IMG/VR virus record: IMGVR_UViG_2775506767_000005
Coordinates: 10,694-74,693 of that record
Reading direction: 5' to 3' (one strand)
DNA from: a virus
Taxonomy: Duplodnaviria; Caudoviricetes
DNA: 64,000 nucleotides
The notes under the pieces are model-generated. The model was given only the letters and a program-made list of their open reading frames with translations, was not told the DNA's origin and did not search any database. Every line of letters begins with the position of its first letter. The stretch's first letter is position 1. The translations under genes and the position numbers were made by a program. Below are positions 18,669-32,615 of this stretch, piece by piece.

Positions 18669-19217
18669 ATGGCAAAGCTGCCCTTTAAGACTGAGCCCAA
18701 GACCGAAACTCGAGAGATTGGGAATGAGGATATCGGGATTCTCGAGTTCCCTGTCCTCAACGATCTGACGGTACGTGAGCAGGCTTTCATCACCGACAAA
18801 CTGACGGCTAACTCCACATTTTTGGAGATTGCGCGAATCGCTAACAAGATTTCCAGGGCCACGAAGATGCAGCCCATTGCTGCTCATGCGTTCGTCACTA
18901 GGTGCGTCACCTTCCAGATGCTCGGCAAGGGGACTTTTGACGAGAGGGACGAGAACATGAGAATTAAATATGCTCGCGAATTGGAAGAGCTGGGCGCATA
19001 CCTGCTTAAGTCGCAGTGGGAGCGTCAAGTGGTGACGGCAGCCGCTTTGATTCGATACCGCCTGAAGGGGATGGAGGAGTTCAGCGCTGAGGATGCACGG
19101 GACCTGAGCCAGACCTTGCTAACTGAGATTTACGCTTTCTCGCTGATAGAGACCGGCCAAGCAAGCGACCCAGAAGAGGAGCTGGAATCAGACGTGGCAA
19201 CTGCCCTGGGAAAGTAG
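18669..19217 (+). CDS. Tail assembly chaperone (gpG-like)
   Basis: Ends ..ALGK* with slippery GGGAAAG at 19208-19214. Confidence 0.75.
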   Translation: MAKLPFKTEPKTETREIGNEDIGILEFPVLNDLTVREQAFITDKLTANSTFLEIARIANKISRATKMQPIAAHAFVTRCVTFQMLGKGTFDERDENMRIKYARELEELGAYLLKSQWERQVVTAAALIRYRLKGMEEFSAEDARDLSQTLLTEIYAFSLIETGQASDPEEELESDVATALGK

Positions 19218-19849
19218 AAGACGGCAGCTATACGGAGCCAGAGCCTCTGAGCTGGGGAGATCTATTCTGGAGGGCAAAGCGCCTCTGGCCAGGCGACCCT
19301 CAGTTCTCAACCGAGAATTTTGGTGAGCTTCCGTCGCAATACGTTCTCCGAGCAATTGAAAAAGGCCAAGAGCTTCGGCGGCGCGAGTTGCATGAGGCGG
19401 AAATTGGTGTGGCCAACCTCACGGCCCTGACTGCCAACCTGAATCGCGACACAAAAAAGAGCAGGACCCCTTACAAGGCGGCTGACTTCTGCTTCTTTGC
19501 CAACAGTGCGGAGCGCAATGATCCGGATGAGATCAACGCTGCGGCATATTTCGCATTACTTGAAAGCAAGCAGCTTCCGACCTGGGCTCTATTCATTTAC
19601 TCAGAGATGAAAAAAATAAATACATCCATGGAGCCTCCGGAGCCTTTAGCGGCCATTGGAGATGGATTCCTGCTACTTGCACCTGAGCAGGTTAATGGTG
19701 GCATAGAGGGTCTTCTGATTGCGGAGAAGAGAGTCTCGGGTCAGGTTGTAGAGGTTAAAATAGGCCGCATAAAAGCTAAAATTACATGTCCAGAATTTGA
19801 GGAAATGCTGCTAGCTCGCGAGCACGTTTTTGTCAGTATTGATCGGTAG
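19208..19849 (+). CDS. -1 frame extension of the tail assembly chaperone (gpGT-like)
   Basis: -1 frame is open from the slippery site through ORF 19388-19849 with no stop. Confidence 0.7.
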   Translation, partial: GKVEDGSYTEPEPLSWGDLFWRAKRLWPGDPQFSTENFGELPSQYVLRAIEKGQELRRRELHEAEIGVANLTALTANLNRDTKKSRTPYKAADFCFFANSAERNDPDEINAAAYFALLESKQLPTWALFIYSEMKKINTSMEPPEPLAAIGDGFLLLAPEQVNGGIEGLLIAEKRVSGQVVEVKIGRIKAKITCPEFEEMLLAREHVFVSIDR

Positions 19850-20215
19850 CTGGCGTAATACTTGTCCAGTACTTAGCCAATGCCGGATCTCTATTTCGCG
19901 CCAATCTGAGTGAAAATCCTGTTCACGAAACCATGAAATCCAGTCCCGTGATCCCTTGTTAGCGTTGCAATGTCGACAGGCTGGGATGCAATTACTTGTC
20001 ATGTCCTTGCCGCCGTGGGCCTTAGGTTTCACATGATCAATAGTGAGCGATTTATCATCGATAGGTGTGGCATTGCAGTAGGCGCAGCGGTCACCCCAAG
20101 CGGCTTTGATTGCACGTCGCCAGAGTCGACGCGCTTCGGCGGATGTCATGGCTTCTAAGTGGTAAAGGTGTTCAGACGGTGACTCCCTAAGCGGGAGATT
20201 TTGCTGTGCAATCAC
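19811..20215 (-). CDS. HNH endonuclease
   Basis: CAYC..LTIDHVKPKAHGG...NCIPACRHCNANKG. Confidence 0.9.
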   Translation of the reverse strand: MIAQQNLPLRESPSEHLYHLEAMTSAEARRLWRRAIKAAWGDRCAYCNATPIDDKSLTIDHVKPKAHGGKDMTSNCIPACRHCNANKGSRDWISWFREQDFHSDWREIEIRHWLSTGQVLRQLPINTDKNVLAS

Positions 20216-20354
20216 TTAGAAGTTCGAGCCTTAACCGTTGACAGATGCTTGAAAAACATGTGGACCCTCTGGGCTGTCTGCCCAAGGATTCCGGGCGTCA
20301 TCAGTGATACAAAATCATTCAATCGGAAGCCTGTTGAGACGTGATAAAAGACCC

Positions 20355-20777
20355 ATGGCATTCGTTGAAATCGATTCCGCGGAAATCATTTATGACGTCC
20401 TGGCGTCTGATTCAGCCTTCTCGGCTTTGATCGGTTCGCTTGAATTCGAAGATGGGAATCAAGACGCTCTCTTAGTCGCTTTGGCCTCAAAACCTCTCGA
20501 AGGTATTGACGGCGCGTCTGGGCTGCTAGTTGTTATCGATAAAGATCCTCAAGTGACATCAAAGCGATTGCTTACTACTCAAGTAGTGATCGATCGAATG
20601 TTCACGATCCGTCTGATCCAGTTCCCGAGCGTCTCCCGCAACCTGCGGGCCGCTACTGAGCGACTCCTCCACATCTTCCCTGGCGCAACAGCGATTCCTC
20701 TTGCTGGCCCTGACCTGCTGTCTGGCGACGGCCAATCAGTCATAAAGCTGCCATCAAATCCTGTTGCACAGACCTAG
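20355..20777 (+). CDS. Putative tail terminator
   Basis: Directly upstream of the tail tube gene; late promoter at 20325. Confidence 0.5.
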   Translation: MAFVEIDSAEIIYDVLASDSAFSALIGSLEFEDGNQDALLVALASKPLEGIDGASGLLVVIDKDPQVTSKRLLTTQVVIDRMFTIRLIQFPSVSRNLRAATERLLHIFPGATAIPLAGPDLLSGDGQSVIKLPSNPVAQT

Positions 20778-20853
20778 TCACGGTTCGAACTGTGACTACT
20801 CCGGAACCCTGAAAGGACCGGGGAATTGATCACCCTTTTACTCACTCATTGCA

Positions 20854-21438
20854 ATGGCAAATTTTTCATCCGCGTTCGGCTTCAAGGTCTACTTAGTCCC
20901 TTGCCTGGCCACAGCGGTCAACGTAAGCAGCGTGACTGGCGGTGTTGGCGCAACTGGATTCATCGCCCTGGGCGCATCAGAAGCCAACGTTGTGGCAACT
21001 GATGCCGTGGTCACCGAGGGCACAGTGACCGAAATCAATGTCGGCGGTTCTGACATCGTTGCAGGCGCTGTGACCCCAGTCGAACTGCTCGGATTGACAG
21101 ACGCTTCTCTGTCTACCGACACCTCGTCCGAAGAAGTTGTGACCTACTCCGACGACTCCGGCTACGGCCAGAGCGTTGCGACTTCCAAGAGCTGGTCAAT
21201 CAGCCTTTCTGGAGTGACCGACTTCAATGATGCCGGCTATCAGGTCATGCGTCTCGCAGAGAAGAACAACGTGGCCGGCGGCATTCGCGTCAAGATCGGC
21301 CGAACGACTCCTGCAGGCGAGCAAATTTACGGCTACGCAACTCTTCAGAGCTTCTCCGAAAGTGTCGAGGCTGGCTCGATTGTGACCTACACAATCGAAG
21401 CCGCTGGTTACGGCGCACTGGGTCTCGGCCTTGCTTAG
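20854..21438 (+). CDS. Major tail (tube) protein
   Basis: SLSTDTSSEEVVTY..KSWSISLSG..SFSESVEAGSIVTYTIEAAGYG tube-like motifs; upstream of the tape measure gene. Confidence 0.8.
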   Translation: MANFSSAFGFKVYLVPCLATAVNVSSVTGGVGATGFIALGASEANVVATDAVVTEGTVTEINVGGSDIVAGAVTPVELLGLTDASLSTDTSSEEVVTYSDDSGYGQSVATSKSWSISLSGVTDFNDAGYQVMRLAEKNNVAGGIRVKIGRTTPAGEQIYGYATLQSFSESVEAGSIVTYTIEAAGYGALGLGLA

Positions 21439-22002
21439 CTGACTGGAGGGGCTGAAGGTGCGCTGAGAACCCTCAACGGTTCAAGCGTCACCACCTCCAC
21501 CGGTTTCGCCAATCAGGACACCAATGGTGTTCTGGTTGACATCACCGGCCCTAACGGGGCTATCGGAACCGCTGACATCGTTACAGGCGGCGACCTCATG
21601 ACAAACCTTGAGGTCATTCGCATCTCTAACGACAAATTCAGAGTTGGTGACACCATCACCTTCACTGAAAACGGCGGAACCGGTGTTGCAACTGCAATCG
21701 TCTCCGCTATTCATGAAGGTCAAAAAATTGGCGTCATCTCTGGCGCCGTGGCCTTCAACACCGACAACCCGTTCACCGCTGCTGACACCTCTGGTGTTGC
21801 TGTCACCTTCATTCCTTCGGCTGGCGTCAGCGGCCAGCTTGGAGCCGGCCTAGCCGGAACAGTTACAACCTCAGGCCCAACGCTGCTCGACAGCGTTCAG
21901 CTCACAGATGGCGGCTACGGATTCATGATCGACGACATCATCGAGGTCAACGAAGTTGGCGGACAAGGTGAAGGCCACTTCCGCGTTACTTCTCTCGCTT
22001 AA
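21439..22002 (+). CDS. In-frame C-terminal extension of the major tail protein (candidate amber readthrough), two repeat domains
   Basis: 53 sense codons join TAG 21436-38 to ATG 21598 in the same frame. Confidence 0.6.
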   Translation: MTGGAEGALRTLNGSSVTTSTGFANQDTNGVLVDITGPNGAIGTADIVTGGDLMTNLEVIRISNDKFRVGDTITFTENGGTGVATAIVSAIHEGQKIGVISGAVAFNTDNPFTAADTSGVAVTFIPSAGVSGQLGAGLAGTVTTSGPTLLDSVQLTDGGYGFMIDDIIEVNEVGGQGEGHFRVTSLA

Positions 22003-22105
22003 ACTACCTAACCTCAGCCCTTAGGAAGAACTACGGCATACTCAAGGCTCGCCAATTGGCGGGCCATTTTTATTGGAACCCTAGTCGGAATCTAGGGGCC
22101 TACGA

Positions 22106-26338
<4,233 letters not shown>

Positions 26339-26372
26339 TCGGAATGCTGAGGGGTCGAGAGGCCCCTTTTCA

Positions 26373-26720
26373 ATGTTTGATTTCTCATCCCCTGAGTCCT
26401 CGCTGCAAATGCTGCAAGACGCAAGACGGGCGAGCCCTGGAGGTGGTCCTGGTATTAGCGAACTGCCGCTAGACGAGCAGTCGGAGTATGAGCTGAAGTG
26501 TTCGCTCGCCTACGCATATTCCGTTGCTCGGGTGGCCCTTAACGAATACGGGGAGGATGTGGCGATGTTGGCTAAGGCTGAGTTTGACCGGGTTTGGTTA
26601 GCGCTGATTGATGTCGATGAAGAGTTTAAAAAGAACGTGATATCGGGAACTGCGCGGCCTCCTATTGGAGCGGCCAAGCCTTACCAGGACTTCGCCAAGG
26701 GCAAAACTTCGGAACTCTAG
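26373..26720 (+). CDS. Hypothetical protein between tape measure and distal tail genes
   Basis: Own late promoter at 26341. Confidence 0.6.
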   Translation: MFDFSSPESSLQMLQDARRASPGGGPGISELPLDEQSEYELKCSLAYAYSVARVALNEYGEDVAMLAKAEFDRVWLALIDVDEEFKKNVISGTARPPIGAAKPYQDFAKGKTSEL

Positions 26721-26739
26721 GGGCAGTAGTCAGCCCCTC

Positions 26740-27141
26740 ATGTCAGCGATCGGCGTAGCTTATGCCTCACAATCAGGCGGCGGGACTTACAACGTCGTCA
26801 TAGATCTATTTAGCGGCGGAGAGGTAGCGAGGGCCTATGAATCCACCGCTCAGTTCTCTAGGGGCGTATCTGGGCAGCAAATAATCACAGGCCGCCCAGG
26901 TCGCCAAAAATTCATCTGGGCCATCTCTGGCCTTCTCGCGGAAGCCGACGCCAAAGAGCTCGACGACATGTTTAAGGCGTGGGATACAGACAGAAGCGCA
27001 GGCCTTGCGGCAGCCGTAGGCATTACGGACGAAACCCTGTTCGACACGTTGACTTCGAGCGCAGTTTTCTCTACGCCTCCCTCGTTCATCAGAACAGGGC
27101 CAAACCACCTAACAGCCTCCTTTGGATTGGCGGAGGTTTGA
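26740..27141 (+). CDS. Putative distal tail protein
   Basis: Position after the tape measure gene; ATG 26740 set by the promoter at 26711. Confidence 0.5.
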   Translation: MSAIGVAYASQSGGGTYNVVIDLFSGGEVARAYESTAQFSRGVSGQQIITGRPGRQKFIWAISGLLAEADAKELDDMFKAWDTDRSAGLAAAVGITDETLFDTLTSSAVFSTPPSFIRTGPNHLTASFGLAEV

Positions 27142-27143
27142 CC

Positions 27144-29462
27144 ATGAGTTATTTAATTAATGCAACTCGCCCAGCATCACTAAAGCTAAACGACGCCGAA
27201 TACATCGACCAGCTTGAATCTTTTCAAGTGTCTGATACGTCGTCATACAGAAACGGAATTGTGACCACGACAGGGACAATCCTTCTCGGCACCGTCGGAG
27301 GCTCAGACCTGCAGGATTATGAGCGGGATGATTTTCAACGTGGGTCCACTGTTCGATTTGAGGTGACATACCCAAGCGGCAACACTGCACTACATCCAAG
27401 GGGCCGGCTAAATGTCATCAGCTCTGCATACGATCCAGAGCTCGAACGGATCACCCTTGAGGTCGGTTGCGACTTGGTCGTGGCAAAAATGCTTGATAAC
27501 GACTCTGTAGTGCTTCCATTCGAAGCGGTCCCCCTAGACGAAACATCGAAAACCTTTGAGGGCATTGCGTCAAGTCTTGCGGCTGTAGGCGGCCTGATAT
27601 GGCAGGCAAACGATGGCTCTATTCAACAGACAACGTTCTTTGACGGCGATTCCTATGGCAATTATCAGCAGGGATCGTTCGTCTCGGTTCGCGGCGTCAC
27701 AGCTCTGACCGTTCAACCCTTAGCAGCGACTGAAGCAATACCGGATCAAATCGAGCTGAGCTACCAGTTCCCGACCGACGAAAGGGCAAAGAACAATCAA
27801 GGCAAAGTTGACACTGTGACAACAGAGTCTGACTACTTCATCAAATATCCGGCCACGGTTTTCGAGCGGATTAAGGGCGCAACTGTAGATATCAAAGTCA
27901 TCGTGGGAGGCGGGCCGGTCACCATTCCTGCGATAACGACTCCGGAAATCCAGACGGGCTGCGGAAACGCTCCCATTCCTCCTCAGTTCAGACCTTCTGA
28001 AACGATCAATATTCCCGGCTCGGAGCAAACAAAACAGATTCCTGCTCCATGCAGCGTTGGCTATGAGACAAAGTCTGTTCCTCAGTACATCCCAGCGAAA
28101 CGGAAAGAGGTTCGAACGACTACCTACGACGGCCCGGCAGCTCAAACGTCGATGACAGAGAGCCAGATTGAAGGCCCTGTGATTGAGCTGAATTCTCAAT
28201 ATTTTGCTGACAAATTCGCTTATTGCGGAGCAACTTACGCGAACAGATGTCTGCCATCTCCATGCGCTTTGTTCGGCACCTACACAGTCGTTCTGGGCAA
28301 GCAGCAGACCCAATACATCTACGGCAAATCAGCAGAGGTAAGAAAGACAATCACCACAACTTGGAGGCCCAAGCTCGCGGCGGCGCAACCTGACGACTGG
28401 AGGTCGGGAGTTGTTAGAGGTGTCGCGCAAGACTTCAATCAAGGCCTGGCAATTACAGCCATCGGCCTTTACAGGCATCAGATCGTCATCAGAGAATTCC
28501 GAAAGGAGAAAAACGCCAATATCCAGGAGACAACTACGTTTACCTCCGCAGTTTCTCGAGGGGGCGGCATTGGCGCAGCAATCGACGCCAAGAAAGGGAT
28601 CAAGACATCTGAAATCAGGCGCTCAGTGACGTCGGTAGCGGCTGAGATTCGCCCTGACTCGCTCAATGCTGCAACCACTTCTGTCACAACAGAAAAGACG
28701 ACCGTCGAGATGCACGGCCAGGTTGGCGGCTATGTCAATGGCGCAGGCCCCTACATCCTCAAAGAGGACATCCCCGTTCCTCTGCTTTACAACTCCTCAA
28801 ATAGCGTTAAACACGCGGCGAATTTTTACGGCGATTACTTGGCCAGATTTATTGAGGGTGATGCGCGAGGCCTGTCAATCGGAGAAGCCCTAAGTGAATC
28901 CTGGGCTGCGAGCTGGACGCCAAATATGCCCTTCAGGTATTACGACCCTAAAAGCCAAAAATTAATGGCGCTTAGGGCTGACGCCTGCTCGTGGGGCGCT
29001 GATTCAGGTGGTTGTGTGGTTGTCATGAATGGGATCTGGGTTGCCGACATGTCTGGAACTGTGACCATTCCTTCGAACCTTCGAGGCAACGCCACGCCTG
29101 ACATGACCGCGGACGATCCGATAGCTCCAACACCTCCGCCGGTTGATGAGCCGTCAGTTATCGGCGACGTCGTCATAAACAAGCGGTTCAACTTCCACGT
29201 CGACGTCTACATCACGTCAAAGATGCTTTGCAATCCTTCAGGGAATGATGGCGTCAGGGTCCCAACTCCTGGCCCCCAGAGCGTCACTCTCGGGATGACG
29301 TGGGTGGTTTTCTGCAGGGGTCGCATCGTTCGGCCTGGTGCTCTCATAGCGCTCGAAAACGATGGATCAATTCCGGTGACGCATCACTACAACGTGGTCG
29401 TTGATGAAGCGCTTGTCGTTATCGATGACGACGTCCTGTTCCCGGACATTGTTCAGCCGTAG
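27144..29462 (+). CDS. Putative baseplate hub / tail tip protein
   Basis: About 770 aa, follows the Dit-like gene. Confidence 0.5.
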   Translation: MSYLINATRPASLKLNDAEYIDQLESFQVSDTSSYRNGIVTTTGTILLGTVGGSDLQDYERDDFQRGSTVRFEVTYPSGNTALHPRGRLNVISSAYDPELERITLEVGCDLVVAKMLDNDSVVLPFEAVPLDETSKTFEGIASSLAAVGGLIWQANDGSIQQTTFFDGDSYGNYQQGSFVSVRGVTALTVQPLAATEAIPDQIELSYQFPTDERAKNNQGKVDTVTTESDYFIKYPATVFERIKGATVDIKVIVGGGPVTIPAITTPEIQTGCGNAPIPPQFRPSETINIPGSEQTKQIPAPCSVGYETKSVPQYIPAKRKEVRTTTYDGPAAQTSMTESQIEGPVIELNSQYFADKFAYCGATYANRCLPSPCALFGTYTVVLGKQQTQYIYGKSAEVRKTITTTWRPKLAAAQPDDWRSGVVRGVAQDFNQGLAITAIGLYRHQIVIREFRKEKNANIQETTTFTSAVSRGGGIGAAIDAKKGIKTSEIRRSVTSVAAEIRPDSLNAATTSVTTEKTTVEMHGQVGGYVNGAGPYILKEDIPVPLLYNSSNSVKHAANFYGDYLARFIEGDARGLSIGEALSESWAASWTPNMPFRYYDPKSQKLMALRADACSWGADSGGCVVVMNGIWVADMSGTVTIPSNLRGNATPDMTADDPIAPTPPPVDEPSVIGDVVINKRFNFHVDVYITSKMLCNPSGNDGVRVPTPGPQSVTLGMTWVVFCRGRIVRPGALIALENDGSIPVTHHYNVVVDEALVVIDDDVLFPDIVQP

Positions 29463-29498
29463 GCCGGAACACTACAGCGACAGAAAAGCTGCTAACCC

Positions 29499-30212
29499 AT
29501 GGCAATCACTGCAAAAATATCCGCAGCAGAGATCTCGGCACAAGTTGATCAGCGCTTCGTCAACAAGTACGTCGAGGGGATCCTTATCGACGCGAACGGG
29601 GTCACTTACAGCCCTGGGACGACTGTCGACTCAACCTTTCTCGGCTTCGAGGTGGCGGAGGCCAACGGCTACGAAAGACAAGTGCTTGTCTTCCAAGGGC
29701 AGGATCAGACCGCTTACACAGATGACGGCGTCGGCTTAGCCACTAAGGGCACGGTTTTCACTCATGACGGAAGTGCCAACGCAATCACTTTCACTCATGC
29801 CGCTCTGGTTTGGGGCACAGGAAATGTGGCCGCTCTTGACGCTGCTACTACTGACCCTGCTGTCGGAGTCGATGGGGTCTATACCGATCTTCCTACCGTC
29901 ACGGATGGTTCGGGGACAGGCCTAACAGTTGACCTCACGGTCGCCAACAACGTGTTTGTTTTCTCGCCGTCCCGTTTTGGCCGGAACTACCAGACAGGCG
30001 ACTCGGTCACCATTCTCGAAACCACGATGGAGCAGGCGGGCGCTGTTGCGGCCGGAGCAGGGCTGGCTCAGATGTTGGTTGGCACTGTGAGCAGCAACAC
30101 AGAGGCAGGGCAGTTAATCACCGTTGCGCCTGTCGACACTCAGGTCACCTTGGACGCCGGCAATGAGGCGGCCTTCTATTGGGACTTCAAGCTTTTTGGA
30201 TTCGCTGACTAA
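29499..30212 (+). CDS. Tail tip structural protein
   Basis: GSGTGLTVDLTV..NYQTGDSVTI repeat resembles the tail-tube extension. Confidence 0.55.
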   Translation: MAITAKISAAEISAQVDQRFVNKYVEGILIDANGVTYSPGTTVDSTFLGFEVAEANGYERQVLVFQGQDQTAYTDDGVGLATKGTVFTHDGSANAITFTHAALVWGTGNVAALDAATTDPAVGVDGVYTDLPTVTDGSGTGLTVDLTVANNVFVFSPSRFGRNYQTGDSVTILETTMEQAGAVAAGAGLAQMLVGTVSSNTEAGQLITVAPVDTQVTLDAGNEAAFYWDFKLFGFAD

Positions 30213-30475
30213 TGGATTTACTTCAAAAAACAATTAAGACCGCCGAAACCGCTCGACTGATCGAGCTTGAAAGAAGGCTTGAGGGGTCAGCTCCTCGCGG
30301 AGACTTTGAAGGCAGCGTGACCGGCTACTGGAACAAGCTCGATGATTTAGGGGTGGGGATTGTTGATTACAAGGGCAAGCAGTACAAAACCAGATCCATC
30401 GGCTTTATGTCGCTGCCTAAGGGGACAGAAGTCGAGCTCACTTACGCCCAAGGCGTCTATTACGCAAAGTTCTAG
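30212..30475 (+). CDS. Small tail-associated protein
   Basis: Translationally coupled in the tail operon. Confidence 0.55.
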   Translation: MDLLQKTIKTAETARLIELERRLEGSAPRGDFEGSVTGYWNKLDDLGVGIVDYKGKQYKTRSIGFMSLPKGTEVELTYAQGVYYAKF

Positions 30476-30477
30476 CC

Positions 30478-30690
30478 ATGCCAATCAATTCAACGTCATT
30501 CGGCTCAGTTCCGATCCAGCAAACTGGCAGAGTTGTCCTGGCGCTGGTTTCTGCGCGGCCAGATCCGACAGAGGCACTTAATCCGCCGAGAACCCCTGGG
30601 GAGTTGATTGGTTACTACAACCCTGGCACCGACAAAGTAGAGCTCTGGACGGCTTCTGCCGGGGGCACTTTCTGGCGAGAGGTCGGCTGA
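30478..30690 (+). CDS. Small tail-associated protein
   Basis: Translationally coupled in the tail operon. Confidence 0.55.
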   Translation: MPINSTSFGSVPIQQTGRVVLALVSARPDPTEALNPPRTPGELIGYYNPGTDKVELWTASAGGTFWREVG

Positions 30691-31016
30691 TGCCAGACCC
30701 TCGCGAGACACTCGCTCACGGCACGTTGACGCACGTCTATACCAAGCCTTTGAGCGAGGTGGTCGGTCTATACCCGCGCTCTACTAAGACCCCTTTAAAT
30801 GAGAATCGACTGGTGAGAGTTGAGGGGCTATTTCAGCCGCAGAGCCAGGACCCGATCGCTGAGGGCGAGATGATCGTTTTATTTAGCGAAGAGTTTGGAG
30901 TCAAAATTGCTCAGATATTTGTCGCGGTCGATATCAGCGGGACTCTGGAGTGGAAAACAATTCAGCACAGAACTGGGATCAGCAACTCTCAGACCGGCGG
31001 ACCCTGGAACCCATAA
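30690..31016 (+). CDS. Small tail-associated protein
   Basis: Translationally coupled in the tail operon. Confidence 0.55.
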   Translation: MPDPRETLAHGTLTHVYTKPLSEVVGLYPRSTKTPLNENRLVRVEGLFQPQSQDPIAEGEMIVLFSEEFGVKIAQIFVAVDISGTLEWKTIQHRTGISNSQTGGPWNP

Positions 31017-31055
31017 CCGTCGGCACCCTAGGCGGACCTGATCGCGTCTTAGGCA

Positions 31056-32579
31056 ATGGTGTGGGGGCAAAATGGAGGGTTAAGAGAATTCTTCGACAAG
31101 AACCAAAGGTTAGAAAGCGACGCTCGCGATCGCCGCCTCAGCTACGAGAGGCTCACCGATTCGGGCAGCCTAGAAAGTACGGGATATGAGGGAAATTCTT
31201 TCGAGACCGAGACCGGCTCTTTCAACTGCCAGACGGCATCAGATTGCGGCGCTGATCACAGTTGTTCCGGCGGGCAATGCGTGCCCAACAATTCGACCAG
31301 CACTACGGCCGCAGGTGACGGCGCCTCTCCAGGCGGGTCGTCAAGCGGCGGCGGATCGCCAAGCGCGGGCTGCAGTGGTGACATCCCTGGAGACGACTGC
31401 ATAGAAAAGGGGTGCGCCACTGGGCCTACATGTGGAGACGGAGGAGAGGAGCCCTTTGGCTGCTGCGGAACGCCTATCTACAGATGCCATGGCGCAGGCC
31501 AAACCGGAGAGCCGCAATGCGAGCCGTGCGAGTTCGAAGAAAAAGAGTGCAATGACTTCTGTGATTCGTGGTTTAAGTCACACGGTTCACTGGCCCCTAA
31601 CTGCACAAGCGGAGCTACTGGCCGACCCCTGACGTGTGGCGATTGCAGTGAATGCTTTGCCAGCCTGTGCCGCGAGGCTGACGACGGCCCTTGCTGGTGC
31701 AAGCCAGGGAATACTGGCTGCCCTGACTGCGAAGAATGTCAAAGACCATCCGGCGACTGCAAGGCTGGTGTCGGGGTGTGCAATGACGAGTGCAACTGCT
31801 TCGTCACCTGCCCCTGCGGAACTCAATACCAAGGCTTCCACACGCAGGAGCATTACGCCACCGGGCTTGCCTGCCCATCTGCGTGCCGCGCCGCCACTTA
31901 TCAAAAATATTGCGTCGAGGGAAAAGATAAATCCTGCCCACCCCAGAAAGACTCCTGCAAGGCGGATCCCGGAAATAAGTGCGAGCTCGATTGTTACTGC
32001 ACCTCTCAAAAGGTTTCATGCAACGGGACCCACACCTGCCCTGACGGCTACCGCTGCCAAGTCACGGGAACGCTGAACGCCTCACTTGGCGGTCAATGCG
32101 AGGACGGAACCGATCCCACAAACCTTTGGGCGACAGGTGGCAAAACCATCTTCCTGAGGATCTGCAAGATGGCAGACGACCCCGACTGTCAGGAGTGTGA
32201 TTGCAATTGTGAGAATGATTGCCCTGACTGCCACACCTGCGGGGCTGACGGAAGATGTGTTTATGACGAAGGCTGCGACACCCCTTGCGACAATCCCTGC
32301 AATGGCGCTTGTTGCGGGCCGGGCCAGAAATGCGTCCCCGCAGTTCTTTGGCAAGTCATCGACGCCTGCCACTTCCAGGGCGCGACTTTCGCGGCTCCTC
32401 AAGGTGTCACCCCTGCGCTAGTCCATACAACGGACGTCACAAAAGAAGATGCCGTCTGCGATCGCTGGCACACTCACTGCGCTGTCACGGTTCAAGGGGG
32501 TCAGGTCGCTCAGCACTTGGACTGCCAGAAAGGTCTCAAGCGCATTGGGCCGGCTGGATACAACATCTGCAGCGACTGA
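31056..32579 (+). CDS. Cysteine-rich virion protein
   Basis: Roughly 60 Cys in 507 aa in CxxC and CxC clusters. Confidence 0.7.
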   Translation: MVWGQNGGLREFFDKNQRLESDARDRRLSYERLTDSGSLESTGYEGNSFETETGSFNCQTASDCGADHSCSGGQCVPNNSTSTTAAGDGASPGGSSSGGGSPSAGCSGDIPGDDCIEKGCATGPTCGDGGEEPFGCCGTPIYRCHGAGQTGEPQCEPCEFEEKECNDFCDSWFKSHGSLAPNCTSGATGRPLTCGDCSECFASLCREADDGPCWCKPGNTGCPDCEECQRPSGDCKAGVGVCNDECNCFVTCPCGTQYQGFHTQEHYATGLACPSACRAATYQKYCVEGKDKSCPPQKDSCKADPGNKCELDCYCTSQKVSCNGTHTCPDGYRCQVTGTLNASLGGQCEDGTDPTNLWATGGKTIFLRICKMADDPDCQECDCNCENDCPDCHTCGADGRCVYDEGCDTPCDNPCNGACCGPGQKCVPAVLWQVIDACHFQGATFAAPQGVTPALVHTTDVTKEDAVCDRWHTHCAVTVQGGQVAQHLDCQKGLKRIGPAGYNICSD

Positions 32580-32615
32580 AGATCGGAAAGATAAGGCAGC
32601 TTGTGAATAGTTTCT

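Larger units (their letters stand above)
2047..22071 (+). terminator. Intrinsic terminators separating late units (dispersed)
   Basis: GC hairpin plus U tract at 2047-2071, 2529-2558, 5545-5565, 8783-8803, 22046-22071, each directly followed by a late promoter. Confidence 0.8.

Noticed and set aside
21565-21572. Late promoter GGAACCGC driving ORF 21598 independently
   Set aside because: Lacks the otherwise invariant T at position 8, and ATG 21598 falls inside a repeat domain; kept only as an alternative to readthrough
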